Shown piece by piece: positions 12,399-24,566 of a DNA stretch of 64,000 nucleotides. Positions within the stretch are counted from its first letter, which is position 1. Every line of letters starts with the position of its first letter. Location of the stretch: positions 11,998,485 to 12,062,484 of the forward strand of contig NC_134027.1 in NCBI RefSeq assembly GCF_964204645.1, in the 5' to 3' direction. Made by a program: the position numbers and the translations under genes. The notes below the pieces were generated by a model that was not told the origin of the DNA, did no database searches, and saw only the letters and a list, made by a program, of their open reading frames with translations. Source of the stretch: Tubulanus polymorphus. Taxonomy: Eukaryota; Animalia; Nemertea.

Positions 12399-13425
12399 TT
12401 AATTTGATCTTTTAGTCTTTGGTTTTGGTTGACTTTTTGGTTGACTCTTTGGTTGACTCTTTTTCTGTGGTCGGACTTGTGCGGGTGGTGCAGTGCTTGA
12501 ATTTGTTGGCTTTGCAGCAGTTTCTCTCGCATCGTCCGTGTCAGATTCTTCTTCTTCAGTTTGGGCTGGCTTCTCCTGGTCGATTATCGGGGACTTCTCG
12601 TCTTCCGAAGGCGCCTTTGACTTGTGCGACTTCTTCGGCGTTTGAGAAAGTTCAGTTGGAGATGATGGCCTCTTTCTCGACTCATCAGTGACAACGGCCA
12701 TTTCTGTCGCCACCTCATCTCAGATGCTTCAGCCGGTGTTGGGTTTCCTTTTTTCATCAATGTTAAAGAAACGGTCTGTCGGAAATGGATTTGACGGCAT
12801 CGATCGGGTGTATGGGTTGGATGAGTACATGCAATGTTGCACTCAACCCAGGTGTGATTAAATTGTCCACATATCACGCAATGTTCAGGCTGACCGTTGT
12901 AATAGACCCTTACAAGAAGTAATCCATAACGTTTCGAATCAAGAGTTATATTCCGTGGGATATGTGATGTAATAGCTACCTCCAGTACACGTTTCTCACC
13001 GTTCTGAAATGTTGTTTTTCCTATCGTCGGGTGATAGGATCACGTAAGGATGTTTCCGTATGGTCGAATCATTTTGTCTACCGCTTCGTGAGGGCAGATC
13101 GCAGGTATACCTTCGATCCTGACGATGGTAGGAGTCTCCAAAGCCGATCGAAACTGTATAGTCGCTCCTCTAAACATAATCCTGTGGTTTTTTAGAATGG
13201 TGTATTGTTCGTCAGATCCACAAAATACTCCCACGTTGTAAGTGTTGAAGTCAATTATTTTTCAACACATCGGCGAGCCGTATCATCGTTGGCCAAGATT
13301 TCACATATCTGGTCAGTTTCAAGTTTATTGTACTGAACCCTAACTTTAGGGACCAGTAAGAAGTTTTCGAAGTCCTTAGTCATCGTGTTGTTGTATTTGA
13401 ATGTCTTCGCCTGGAGTAGAGCCAT
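12399..13425 (-). pseudogene. L1/Tx1-clade ORF1 (RRM plus zinc knuckle, low-complexity C-terminus), disrupted
   Basis: ATG at 13425; VRIEGIP..., NGEKRV, VYYNGQPEHCVICGQFNHTWVEC, and a K/P/S-rich tail; frameshifts near 13250 and ~12720 and a stop at 13040. Confidence 0.8.
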
Positions 13426-13603
13426 ACTTAGTCAATTGAAGAGCGCGCCGAAAGTACGTCCGTACAGTAAGCAAGAGCAGGGTCGTGAACTTTTAACGAC
13501 GACGAAAACACGTGTATATGGCAGGAATGAATTTAGTAAAACTCTTTTTACTGTGATTTCGAAACATGTTGATATTCTATTCAGCTTTTGCGGACAAAAG
13601 TTT

Positions 13604-13622
13604 GAAGGATAGTAAGGAAGGA
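13604..13622 (+). promoter_or_regulatory. Polypurine tract
   Basis: gaaggatagtaaggaagga abuts the 3' LTR start. Confidence 0.65.
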
Positions 13623-14024
13623 TTTAGCAAAAATAATATACATGCATACTTTTAATCGCGCTGTTGTTTTAATTCACCATTAATTAATTATTACTCAAAC
13701 AATCAGTTAGATATCTGTCAATTCGACACCTGTGATAACAGTTTGTTTTGTAATTAATTGTGTGCTCAAACATGGCTGTCAACGTTTATAGTATTATATA
13801 AATAGAATCTAAATCCATGAACAAGCAGTTGAGTTTGAGACGAGTCTTGGAGCCTGATACATCTTGCAGGCAAATTCCCAAGCTACTCGATTGAGAATCT
13901 AAAGAATAAAATTGTCTACGTTTAGTGCTGAAAATTACTAGCTTTCTCATTGTTGCATAACTCAGGATTTAATCGTAGCTGGAGCTTCCCCGAAAGACGA
14001 GTTAGAACAACTAGTTTTGTTAAA
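13623..14024 (+). repeat. 3' LTR
   Basis: Copy of 8508-8909, followed by TSD TATC. Confidence 0.92.
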
Positions 14025-14491
14025 TATCTATACCGTTGCCTTACTATAATAAGGCGTGGTGTTGCTGCATCCACCATCAGTGCTGAGTGACGGGTGGGTT
14101 CGAGTCCTGCTGGCTGCTTACAGTGTGCGGGCAACACTTCAACAGGCCTGAATGAAAATAAAAAAAAATCATAAAATCAAAAAATAGGGTTAGTCTTGGG
14201 AAACCAAGATCTGATCGACGCAAAGCCAAAACAAACGCACAAACAAACAAAAAGACAAACACATTTTAAGTAAGGCGTCGCGACGTCCTGTTACATCCAA
14301 TTCTTTATCGGAACTTTAGAGCGGATGAATAAACAATTATCAACGCAAGGTATTTCTGCGATATCTTGAATTTGTTTGCAGTTTGAATTTAGCGCCATTC
14401 TCGCAAGATTCGCAAGATTATTAACAACAACCCGGAAGTAAAATCCAAGCCAGTTTACGAGCCCCTTTGCGCTGGCTTAATCGACGGAGAA

Positions 14492-17400
14492 ATGGAATTG
14501 AGTGTTTTGGGCTTTAGTGAGTTAGATTTCGAGTCGGCATGTTTTGCATTGTGTCATGAACCCCCGGCTCCAGGAGATGGCTACGAGTTTCTCTCCGTCC
14601 CACGGTCACTCGGCGTCACAGTATTTCGGAGTTTGGATCGGGTAATAAAACTCAGTATATACATGTATATATTTGTGTCTTTGACGATTTTTGTGAACCG
14701 GTTTCACTGTTTCGTTTTCTGTCACCGTCGGTCTGTGTGAACAGTATTTGACATCGACAGCGACACGTTCGAATGACAAGATATATTTAACATAACGTTG
14801 AACCGGCCAATTTTAGTGAATATTTCATACAAATATTTCATCGAATATTTCATTCTTGTTAAAAAAAATCAAAAATTTACATGGGAGATTTCATTGAAAA
14901 CTTGCTAGAAGTTCATAAAGTTCATATTCAATGCGAATGCAGATTTGATGATAGTGTATTGCATTGTTATTGTATTGGATCACGTGGATATTTTTTTAGG
15001 AAAAATGGCGGATGATCGAAGTCGGATTACGAATCGCTAGAGGATTATTGATTACATTTTCCAGAATCAACTGTCTCGGCACAAGCACGGAATATTAACA
15101 ATATTGCGATATCGAAAACATTCGTTTTGCTCTTTGAATTTTCGTATTGGCAATTTTTGCTGTTGTTTTAAGAAGTAGGCTAGGCCCATGTCGAGCTTTA
15201 CCTCCCATGGTTCCTTAATTACTCATGCATTCACAGCTGTCAAACAAATTATCAAACCACTATTTAATAAAAAAAATTTCCGGTAGTTGATTTTCCACAT
15301 TCTTAAGTTCTAAGTTTCTAAGTAATTTAGTTTTTAAGGTTTTGCTATTTTATTTTAAGGATTCGGGTATATTTCAATACAAGTTTTATGGCGTTTTGCC
15401 CGATGTATCTCCTGATGTTTGTGCACAAGTTTACGTGGATCTGGAATACAGAAAAGCCTGGGATCGAACCGTAAAAGGTAGCTACGTAGCTTACAATACT
15501 CCTATATTTTCAACTCGTTCGTTTTCAGCAGTCTGTTTAGGTCTGTTAGTTAACCCCACAACGATAATTATCTTAAGTTTCATGATATCTACTCATAGAA
15601 TTGAGTATTAGAATCAAACACTTTCTTTACCCACATATTTGTATCTTCACAGAGCTAGAATATATTCCAACGAGAATTGGCGCTGTTTACTTAGAAATGA
15701 AGTTTCCTTGGCCAATGTCTAACAGAGATGTATCCTTAGATATGATATAATTACACATTCTGTGTATAATTGCTGACAATTATATTCATGCAAGCCTTCT
15801 TAACAAAATTAGTATGTGTACGATCGTGAACTTCGGCAATTAGTATACAATGGTCGGACGGTTTGGGTGATGCTAGCGAAATCACTGACTCTACCTGAAG
15901 TACCAGAAAAACGAGATGTTGTGCGCGTGACTGATTTTGTGCAAACAATTGCCGTGACATCAGATGGTAATATGGGTTCAAAAGGTTATTACAAATTCTA
16001 ATTTACAATTTTACAGTAGACTCCCATTTTTTTTCGGTTCAGTAGGGACTGGGTTAATTATCGAACAGTTATTATTTAACTGCCGGAAGACTCTATGAAA
16101 CAGGTTAAGTTGTGAACATTTCATTGTATGCCTTAAAAATCCCGAAATATGGCAAGCGGTTTACAATCTTTGCTCCAGTCGCCCAATAGTTGGTTAGAGC
16201 GTGTAGTAACCATTTGATTCAAATGATTACTTCGAGGTTAGAGTCAACCAGCGGGTGGTTGACAAAGTGTTATCACGGGCCTAGGAAAGCCCATTGATAC
16301 CACGGCTTTTAAACGATTTTTATCTTTAACCAATTTTGGGCCACTGGACCCTGATCAGTACCGATCTAGTTATTTAAAAGCCTACAAGTAGCTCCCCAGT
16401 TCCTTGTGTTAGATCGATTTAGAACCAATAGATTAAATGATTTTCAGTTTTTTTCCAGCACATTGTGATTAATGTTTTTTGATGCATTGCAGTGTATATG
16501 AAAATCTTCAACAATCCCGGTGGTTCAATTCCAGTATGGCTGATTAACTCGCTGACCAAGGTGTGACATCTGTTAAGCTAGCGCTATGATTGCTGTGGTA
16601 TATTGTTTCTATACACCCACCGGCCTTCTAGAGTATTAGTTGATCCAACTCCATTCATCTTCTTATCTTTAAACATAATCTTAAATCCTGGATCCCAGGA
16701 GTTTGTCATGCGCATACTTCCCGGTGTTTGCAGGCCCGCCGTCATGCTTTCATGTACGTTTTTATTTAGTTCAACTGCGATCAAAATATACGCAACTTAG
16801 ATAAATTTTGTTTTGTTGAAAAAAAAACTGCGTCATTCACTTCAAAGCGCCATAAATCATCTGACTGCCACACCAAAATTCAAAGCCATGTATACTTTTC
16901 ACATGCGACCGTGACCGTGACCGAGGCTTGTCTCCGCGCAGTATTGGCCAGTTTTTGCTAAAGTATATCAATTATCCGTGCATAGTACAATAACCACACT
17001 CAAACGTGGTGAACGGACAATAAGATAAAACCCACTATGAACAAATTAAACGAATTTTAAAATCGAAAATTAATTAATTCAGAAAATATAGAATGTAGAA
17101 TACCCGACGTTTCGGTCTCACGAGAGATCATCGTCAGGTGGCGATGATCTGTAGGGTGAAATCGCAATTCGTGCATCCAGTGAAAGAAAGAAATTTCAAA
17201 ATTTCGAAAGATATTTTTCCAAGCTTTGATTATATGTAACATGCCATCGTCTACAAAATGCAGCTAAAAGATTGTTTGTTTCTCATCCTGTCCATGCTAA
17301 AGATGCCCGGATAAACCATTTGATTTCATGTCTGTACGTACCTAGAAATATGGACAACTTATACGTGTGTTTGATGAGATGAGTGTGTTGTCGTGCCTAC

Positions 17401-17690
17401 CAACCGACAAACACTGGTATATTATGCGCGATGAACTGACTCCCGAACCGTTCCGAAAACCTAGGCGTTAATCCAGCGAAAACCGGAAGTGTTCGGCGGG
17501 CGGGTTCCCGACGTTTCGTCCGACCCCACTCGGCATTTTGGCTTACGCATTGTTGGTTGATGTAAATAGTTGAATGATATCTGTTTTGCAGTCGGGTATT
17601 GCGCAGCATGTGTATCGGATGCAAGCAATTTGCCGAGGTTATCCTAGATATTTGGAATCTAGAATGCGACGCAGCGAACCTGGATATTAA
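14492..17690 (+). CDS. PCTP: Phosphatidylcholine transfer protein-like (START domain); exons 14492-14641, 15360-15477, 15653-15729, 15813-15984, 16493-16560, 17592-17690
   Basis: Spliced peptide has YKFYGVLPDVSPDVCAQVYVDLEYRKAWD, KFPWPMSNRDYVY, PEKRDVVRV and NPGGSIPVWLIN; GT-AG sites and phases are all compatible. Confidence 0.88.
15730..15812 (+). other. U12-type (minor spliceosome) GT-AG intron
   Basis: Donor GTATCCTT; branch-site TTCTTAAC ending 8 nt before the exon boundary; no polypyrimidine tract. Confidence 0.85.
16172..16300 (+). mobile_element. tRNA-derived SINE-like remnant
   Basis: gtcgcccaatagttggttagagcg (A-box-like) and ggttagagtc (B-box-like); similar ggttcgaatcc/ggttcgagtcc boxes at ~14097, ~35505(-), ~38505 and ~42299. 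Confidence 0.4.
17102..17140 (-). ncRNA. Minimal type I hammerhead ribozyme-like motif (Penelope-type remnant)
   Basis: Minus strand reads CTGACGA-tgatctc-tcgt-gagacc-GAAAC-GTC; stem I is imperfect. Confidence 0.5.
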
Positions 17691-20660
17691 TCCACTTGAT
17701 GTATTTGAAGTTATTGAGCCAGATGCCGACGAACTACCGTATGTAGGCAATGTATTTTTGGTGTTAGTGATGAAATGGAAACAATCAACTCAACGATCGG
17801 CATAATGTTATCAACAAATCCGGTGTATTCACTTAATTTTTAGGAGTTTTTGAGATTCGTGTTTTGTCTTTTTAGTCCACTTGGCACTCACGTCCCAGCG
17901 AGCTTTCGTACATGTTTCACCCGTCGCCCGCTCGTACGTTTGTTCGTCTGTCCGTAGTGGGAATCCAGTCATTTTGGGAGGTTTTAGAGACTCTTAAACC
18001 AATGGATTGACTGGTCTCCCTAGGGCCTATTAGCCGGCGCTATTGCACTTTCGTACCCCCTCCAAATATCTTTTATTTCTGCATATTGATAATCAGGGAG
18101 ATCTTGGAATTTAAATCGGTAACTTCTCACCAAAACATTTACATTTTATGTCAAAATTCTTATATCTTGGGCTCTAACTCACATGTAAATTTGCCGAGTC
18201 GCGACGACGAACGACGCCACATTGGATGTCAATCAAAGACTGTAACACCGAAAAGTTATGGCATTCAAAGTTTGCAAAACCAAGTTTAATATCCCGTGTA
18301 TGGATGTATCATTTTAATGTGCTTTCGGCGCGAGTTTGATACTCGTAAACGAAATTATGTCAATTCTATTAGGTTTTTTTTTGCGAAATAATGATTGAGG
18401 CGCTAAAGGTGGTCGATCCGTCGTTTTGAATCGACGAAATCGGCCGAAAAGTATCAAAATTTTGACATTCGGTTTTTGTCAGAAGTATTGCATCTTTGTT
18501 CCCCAGACTTCCCCAATTAGTAATATGCAGAAATAACAATTTTGGGAGGGGGTCCAGAAGTACAATAGCGCCCATTTAGTTTTTTTCAGGGTTTGTCATT
18601 TACATTGTAATATGAGTGTTATACTTTGGAAAGGGATCTTGAACTCCAAAGGTTTGTTATCAGTACATTGTTTCGCAATCGGTGTCCATCTTAGTATTAG
18701 CAGTCCTCGTTTTTAGCTCGAAATGGTTTGGAGAAAAACATATCAACAGATTTTAAATTATCGTCTTGATATTCAATAATTGTTAGCAATGTCATAAACG
18801 ATGATATTGGTTTGGCTATCAGATGCCAATAATGACTGTATCAAAAAACATCGCCCGATCCGGAGTTGTTCATTGCATTTTGCATATTTCTACTGAATGT
18901 ATAACCTCTTTCAATGGAAGATTTTTGTAGAATGGATTAAAAAATGTTTTATTTCAACTGCCAGTCCATTCTGATCCTATAAGAACTTTATCAGGCATGT
19001 ACCACCAGGAACTAACTGCGCTTAGGCCAGGCATCTGATATCCTCTCAAGTCAAGTTGAAATAGGTATTGAGGGTTTACAGCCGATAGGTTTAGGTATCG
19101 AGGGTCTGAAGAAAAATATTTCCTGGCTAATGCTATAAACGTAAGATCCCGATATTGGCTGTATATCAAGACATAGATGTATATTTTATATCAATATAAG
19201 TTTTCTAAAAGTATATACATGTATATTTTTCAAATCTTTGTACATCATATTTTTTCCATCATATATGTATAAATATACTGAGTGTTATGTTTTATATTGC
19301 TTTGTATCAATCTACAAGCCAATGTTTATCAATTGAGGTGAAGTTTCGATTTTTTATGTACATTGAATCCTTTAAATGCTATATTTTTTCTTCTTTCTCA
19401 AGAAGTAATAAGAATGTTCACGTAAGAAAAACTTGATTTAATCTCGTTGTTTGGAATTCTGATTGCAGTGATTGAGCCCAAAGCTTTTAAATATGCCCAA
19501 CCAAAAAGAAATGTTTCGCTGCTCACTATCTTTCATCTTATGCGTTTTGCGCACACGCATTTGTGTTCATTAGAAATAAAGCCTAACACCCATAGACATA
19601 CGAAAATATGAAACGAAAAATAGTTCACGTTTTCTCTTTATGGTCAATCTCCAACCTTCATAATCTTGGATTTCTGGACGGATGACTCCAGGGAAAAGGG
19701 TCCATACACAATTCTACTGCTACGTAGATAATACAAGCCATATAGCGGTAGCCCGACATACAGAGCTGGCATTAGCCTTCGGAACACTCCCGGGGAGTTA
19801 ATAGATAAACTTTAAACTTTATTGTCAATGTATTACAAGTATTATAACGTGTCGTGTGCGTTTACGAGAAACGAGAAACATACTTTCGGGAACCCTATGT
19901 TTCTGAGATCAAACGTGTTTGATGTCAAGCCATTCGACGACCAGGAAATTATACGGCGACCGTCTGCAAATAGCGCACACCATGGAAGAAATGTGGTATC
20001 TTGAATCCAGGTAGAAACACACTAGATATTGTGGAAGGTTGGCAGCAAAGCATTTGGTAGCTAGAGGTCTGATCGGTAGTAGTGTGATCTGTGTGCATTT
20101 TTGGCCAGCACACAGATCACAATGATCATTGTCAGTCAATTTGGCAAGTGATGTTTTGCCAATGCGTTAATACGTAACTAAATAGAGTTAAGGATTTTAT
20201 ATAAACACGCTATTTTGCCAATGCGGCATTATTACTGAGGCGCGCGACTTGAAAATCCAAGGAGAGTGTGGAGGAAAGAGTTAGACAAAATAAAGCAGCA
20301 GTGCAATATTCAAACCCGTCCAGCAATTTACAAGCGTAGCAAGTTTCTAATAGACCACCGAGACTAGTAAATCCTGTCTTTGCCAATTACCCTGATGTAC
20401 ACAGCCATTGTCCTGTCACGAGAGTGCTTCGTTGAATAATGCGTAGTTTGCAATAGACGTAGACTGGTACCTAGCCTACAGTAAGGCTTATTATCACGAC
20501 GTTATTGTTGTTTCTTTGTGAACCTGTCTTATCCTATGAAGCTTTGTACTTTACGGAATTAATAAAGATTGATTGAAATGACAACCTTCCATTCTTCACT
20601 ATTCTTACGAAATCAAACGTACCGCACTGACTACAAATAGGTAAAACAGGACGTCTCAAA

Positions 20661-20930
20661 TTTAGAAATCGCCAGAATTTTAAATTAGGTTCCATCTCAT
20701 TTTACAATTTCAATTGCTATAATCTGTTTGTAAACGGCCGTTAAGGCTTTATGTTTCGTCTACAATTCACTGCCAATAGTTAAATGTACGCAACTACGCC
20801 AATCTATATGTTTTTGTCCGCTGCACACTAAATCGGGACAGTTCCTCACTCGCTTTACTGCGGCAATATCATTTACTATCTTCGCCATATCCTTTATAAT
20901 AGTTATATTGCGCTTTGAAACCCTAATGGA
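20661..20930 (+). repeat. Direct repeat copy A flanking the GPCR
   Basis: Similar to ~23173-23450 (tttagaaat.gccagaatttt...aaacggccgttaaggctt...aaaccctaa). Confidence 0.75.
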
Positions 20931-21795
20931 AGCCCTGAAACGACATTACGAATTACGTTTTACGTTTTATGAATTAAGTTTTACGATTTATATTTTACGA
21001 GTTACATTCTACGACTGACGTTTTGGGCAACGATTTACAACTAGATTTCGGTTCAATTTATCGCGAGAGGTCAAGGTTTGTCGTGCACTCCGTGAATAAC
21101 AATAACATTTCCATGTGGTAGCTTACAGAGGCAGACTGTGATGGCTTGCATTTTTTTGCCGAATCCTTCCTCAATTGATTTTGTAACGATGATGGATGGC
21201 TTTGCAGTCCAAACGCTTTGCTTAAGAAATAAATATTCATTTCTAAATAATTGTTAAAAACTAAGACTTGTTCAATTGTTTTATCTGGGTTTTCACCGAT
21301 GATGAGTCCAAATTAAGCTTTTATCTCCGACCGTGCCTTAAAAATAATTTCCAGCTTTGTCCATAAATCATCGTCGTGTACGTGCCATAACAGAACAGTG
21401 TCAGCGTTAATGTAATTCACTAATCAATGAATCCGGGCACTTGTATGGAACGGTCCCTTAATTTTTCTATTGATAGGATCGAAATGCAAAATAAATTCAG
21501 TCAGATTCATTCCATATCGTCATGATTCGATATCATTGCATTGTATATATATATCCGTCGAAAACGGTGCGGGTTATCATGAGTTTGTCGTTTGTCGTTG
21601 GTTCCCCTGTATTTTCACGTGTGACGAAGTGTTATCTTTGCAACCTGTAATTTCAATGTTCAATCATTTACCAACGTCGGTACATATTTACATACACGAT
21701 GTACGCATATTGAGATCTCAGCATATTTTGAATTGACAAATCTACAGACTAAACGGATTTACTACAACTAAGACTTGTGCAAAGAATGTGGTTGT

Positions 21796-22863
21796 TCATG
21801 CTCGCCTCCTCAGTATTAAGTTTTTTGCGGTCTTTCTGAAATTGTTGTTAGCTAAATAATATATAACGAAATTGACCGATGAATTGAGAGTTGGTAGAAG
21901 ATCCCCGAACAACGATTTTGTTGCGTAAATCGCTGGTGTATTCGGGAGTGGTGGAATATCGAATATGTGACTTAGAAGCTTATGATACGTCCGAAATGAC
22001 GTCGGAACTTCGCAGATGACAAAGAGTATTACTATAGCTACAGCCATTTTAGTAGCTTTAACATCAAGGCTTGACGTTATTTGTTTATCAGTTAGATTTT
22101 TCCTCGTAGCTATCAGTTTTCTAAGAGTCCATATCAAAAAAGTATTGAAAGTTACAAGACAAATTACTGGTAGAACTTCTTTTAGCAAAGGAGCGACGAG
22201 TTGATTTACCCATCCGTAAGCTTCAAAGAAACCCCTTCGTATTGGATCGTCAGACACTCTTAGTAATGTTATAAGAATATTGTTGCAATTGTCGAAATAA
22301 TAAGGAGCTACAGACATACCGATTGAAAACGGGCAAAACAATATAGCAAAAACAATGTACATGCATAAACTGAGAACTAGAACTCGTGGCTTCGTTACAT
22401 GTGATCGAGCGAAGAATGGGAATGAGATGGAAATACAACGCTCTAAAACAACAAGTACAGCCAACCAATTCCTCGTCAATTGCGCGGAATAACGTGGTGT
22501 CCAAGCCAATTTATAAAACCACGGCCGTACACCCCAGCTTAAACTTGTTGGCGCTGTAAAGATGTGACTTCCTTGTGTAAGAGCGGACGCGATGAATCGT
22601 ATAGGTTCTTGAATTCCGCGGAAAACAAGAAAGAGTATATCAGCCACGGCCAGACAGCGCAGAAGGTAAAGCGAAATGTGACTCGATGACTGTCGATGTA
22701 AAATGACAATACTAAAACTATTGAGGAAGATACCGACAATTGTGATTGGTAGATTTCCAGCCAGTTTGATAGTGACAACTAACACATTTTCGTATCTGTA
22801 CGGTCTGTTACACGGATCTTCTGTAGTAGGAGGTGCTTGTGTAGTACTGTAGATCGTCGTCAT
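21796..22863 (-). CDS. Intronless rhodopsin-family peptide GPCR (FMRFamide/sex-peptide receptor-like)
   Basis: 355 aa with seven hydrophobic segments: GIFLN (TM1), LAVAD (TM2), LERCISISFP (TM3), FVICEVP (TM6), LNSSVNFVIY (TM7). Confidence 0.92.
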   Translation of the reverse strand: MTTIYSTTQAPPTTEDPCNRPYRYENVLVVTIKLAGNLPITIVGIFLNSFSIVILHRQSSSHISLYLLRCLAVADILFLVFRGIQEPIRFIASALTQGSHIFTAPTSLSWGVRPWFYKLAWTPRYSAQLTRNWLAVLVVLERCISISFPFFARSHVTKPRVLVLSLCMYIVFAILFCPFSIGMSVAPYYFDNCNNILITLLRVSDDPIRRGFFEAYGWVNQLVAPLLKEVLPVICLVTFNTFLIWTLRKLIATRKNLTDKQITSSLDVKATKMAVAIVILFVICEVPTSFRTYHKLLSHIFDIPPLPNTPAIYATKSLFGDLLPTLNSSVNFVIYYLANNNFRKTAKNLILRRRA

Positions 22864-23009
22864 TGTAGGGGAAATAATGACACAGAAATGAGAAAGTTAC
22901 TGAGCGAATTTTAACATATTTCTCGTCAACGACGAGTGAGAGAACACTCTAACCACACAGGCCCAGCGTTTACAACGAACCGCTCACAGTGGTCCAAAAA
23001 AGCCCGCTT

Positions 23010-23126
<117 letters not shown>

Positions 23127-23172
23127 TAAACGTTCCGCACTGACTAAAAATTAGTAATAATAATTAATAACA

Positions 23173-23450
23173 TTTTAGAAATGGCCAGAATTTTAACTTA
23201 GGTTCTATCTCATTTTTATTTTACAATTTTACAATTGCGATTGGTATAATTTTTTTTTAAACGGCCGTTAAGGCTTCATGTTTCGTCTGCATTCACTGCA
23301 AATAGTTACGCAACTACGCACATTTCAGTGTTTTTGGCAGCTGTACACTCAATCGGCACCGTTCGTGACTAGCTTCACTGCGGAATTATCATTAATTAAC
23401 ATCGCCATATCACATCATCAACTTATATTGTGCCTTAAAACCCTAACAGC
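23173..23450 (+). repeat. Direct repeat copy B flanking the GPCR
   Basis: Diverged copy of 20661-20930. Confidence 0.75.
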
Positions 23451-23489
23451 CGAAATAATTGGCGCAACCGCGCGGAGTGGGGCCGATAC

Positions 23490-23695
23490 GTCCAGTATGT
23501 TAAGTATTTTACCATTTAAAAAAATGTTAAATAATTTGGAACAAAATTGATTATGATTTAAGTGAATGTGATTCTAAACCGTGTATATCACAATTTAATA
23601 ATTTCAGGTTAAAAATAAGAGATCAAAATGGTGAATTAATTGATCTAAATAACTTTCCAGTAGTTTATGAAATAGTAATAAGATATAATGAATAG
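23490..23695 (+). pseudogene. C-terminal fragment of a minor capsid (penton)-like gene
   Basis: SMLSILPF../..IDYDLSECDSKPCISQFNNFRLKIRDQNGELIDLNNFPVVYEIVIRYNE* resembles the DQNG..IDLN C-terminus of Polinton/virophage minor capsid proteins. Confidence 0.55.
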
Positions 23696-23973
23696 TTTTT
23701 TTAATGATACAAATGAATATTACTGTGGGACCGAGTATATGCTTTGAATTAGATTTACAAAGAAATATATCAGAAACTAAATTTAATAATGTTATATCAT
23801 ATATTAAAAGTAAATCAAATATTGTAACAATTATCAATAAATAAACTTATAACGTAGGAAAAATAGAAGATAAAAAAGAATATTATGATTTAGATGAAAA
23901 ATAGATTATTAATAAAAAATAACTGAAATGTATGATAAGAAAAATACGTCAAGTTATTAGTATGAATAACTCT

Positions 23974-24124
23974 TAGTAATTGGGAATATGGGGGTTCATA
24001 CCAAAGGTCGAAGGGTCGAGCTCGTAAAAAATAAAAATAAATTCTTGCACGCTCGAATTTATTTTTATTTTTTACTCTTCGCCCCTTCAACCTTTGTTAT
24101 GAACCCCCATATTCCCAATTACTA
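23974..24124. repeat. Imperfect ~150-bp palindrome/hairpin (70-bp arms, 10-nt loop)
   Basis: Arm 23974-24044 pairs with 24055-24124; loop ttgcacgctc; perfect 21-bp inner stem, then a bubble and scattered mismatches. Confidence 0.92.
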
Positions 24125-24555
24125 TAATATTCATATATATAAATAACATTTATAAATGAATAACTTCTAAAATCAATTTTAATAAAAGAAATTGATAATA
24201 AAATGGAGAGTAAACACGTACACAGTGAGAACAACAAATCATTTTTAGATAGAATAAAAGATACCACAAATGTCAAATCAGTAGATTATAAATTTAAGAA
24301 GTTAAATGAACTAACAATTCATAAGAAATATTTAATTACAAATATTGATACAGTTACTAACAAATATGGAGATAAATTAGTTATTCACTTAGAATATGAA
24401 GGATTAAAAGGAAATAGATATAAATTCAGAACATATTTACCAGATAGATTTCATAGATTATCTAGTGAAGATCTAGAAGAAGTGTGTTCTGGTGATTTCT
24501 ATTTCATTTAAAAGGGTAAGAATGAAAAAGGGCACCATGAAATAGATTTCGAAAT
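24023..24555 (+). repeat. Inverted repeat module, copy 1 (hairpin plus small gene)
   Basis: Reverse complement of ~33390-33921. Confidence 0.9.
24203..24555 (+). pseudogene. Small Maverick-type protein, possibly OB-fold ssDNA-binding; copy 1 with premature stop at 24509-24511
   Basis: KKLNELTIHKKYLITNIDTVTNKYGDKLVIHL...YLPDRF; highly similar to 33391-33741(-). Confidence 0.6.
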
Positions 24556-24566
24556 ATGTAAAATAA

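Larger units (their letters stand above)
8508..14024 (+). mobile_element. Non-autonomous LTR retrotransposon (Gypsy-like gag, no pol) carrying an antisense L1/Tx1 ORF1+endonuclease cassette
   Basis: 402-bp direct repeats at both ends; TSD TATC at 8504-8507 and 14025-14028; PBS after the 5' LTR; purine tract before the 3' LTR; CCHC gag fragment inside. Confidence 0.9.

Noticed and set aside
14050-14135. Possible tRNA gene next to the LTR insertion
   Set aside because: Only a B-box-like ggttcgagtcc is present and no cloverleaf could be built; at most a SINE remnant.
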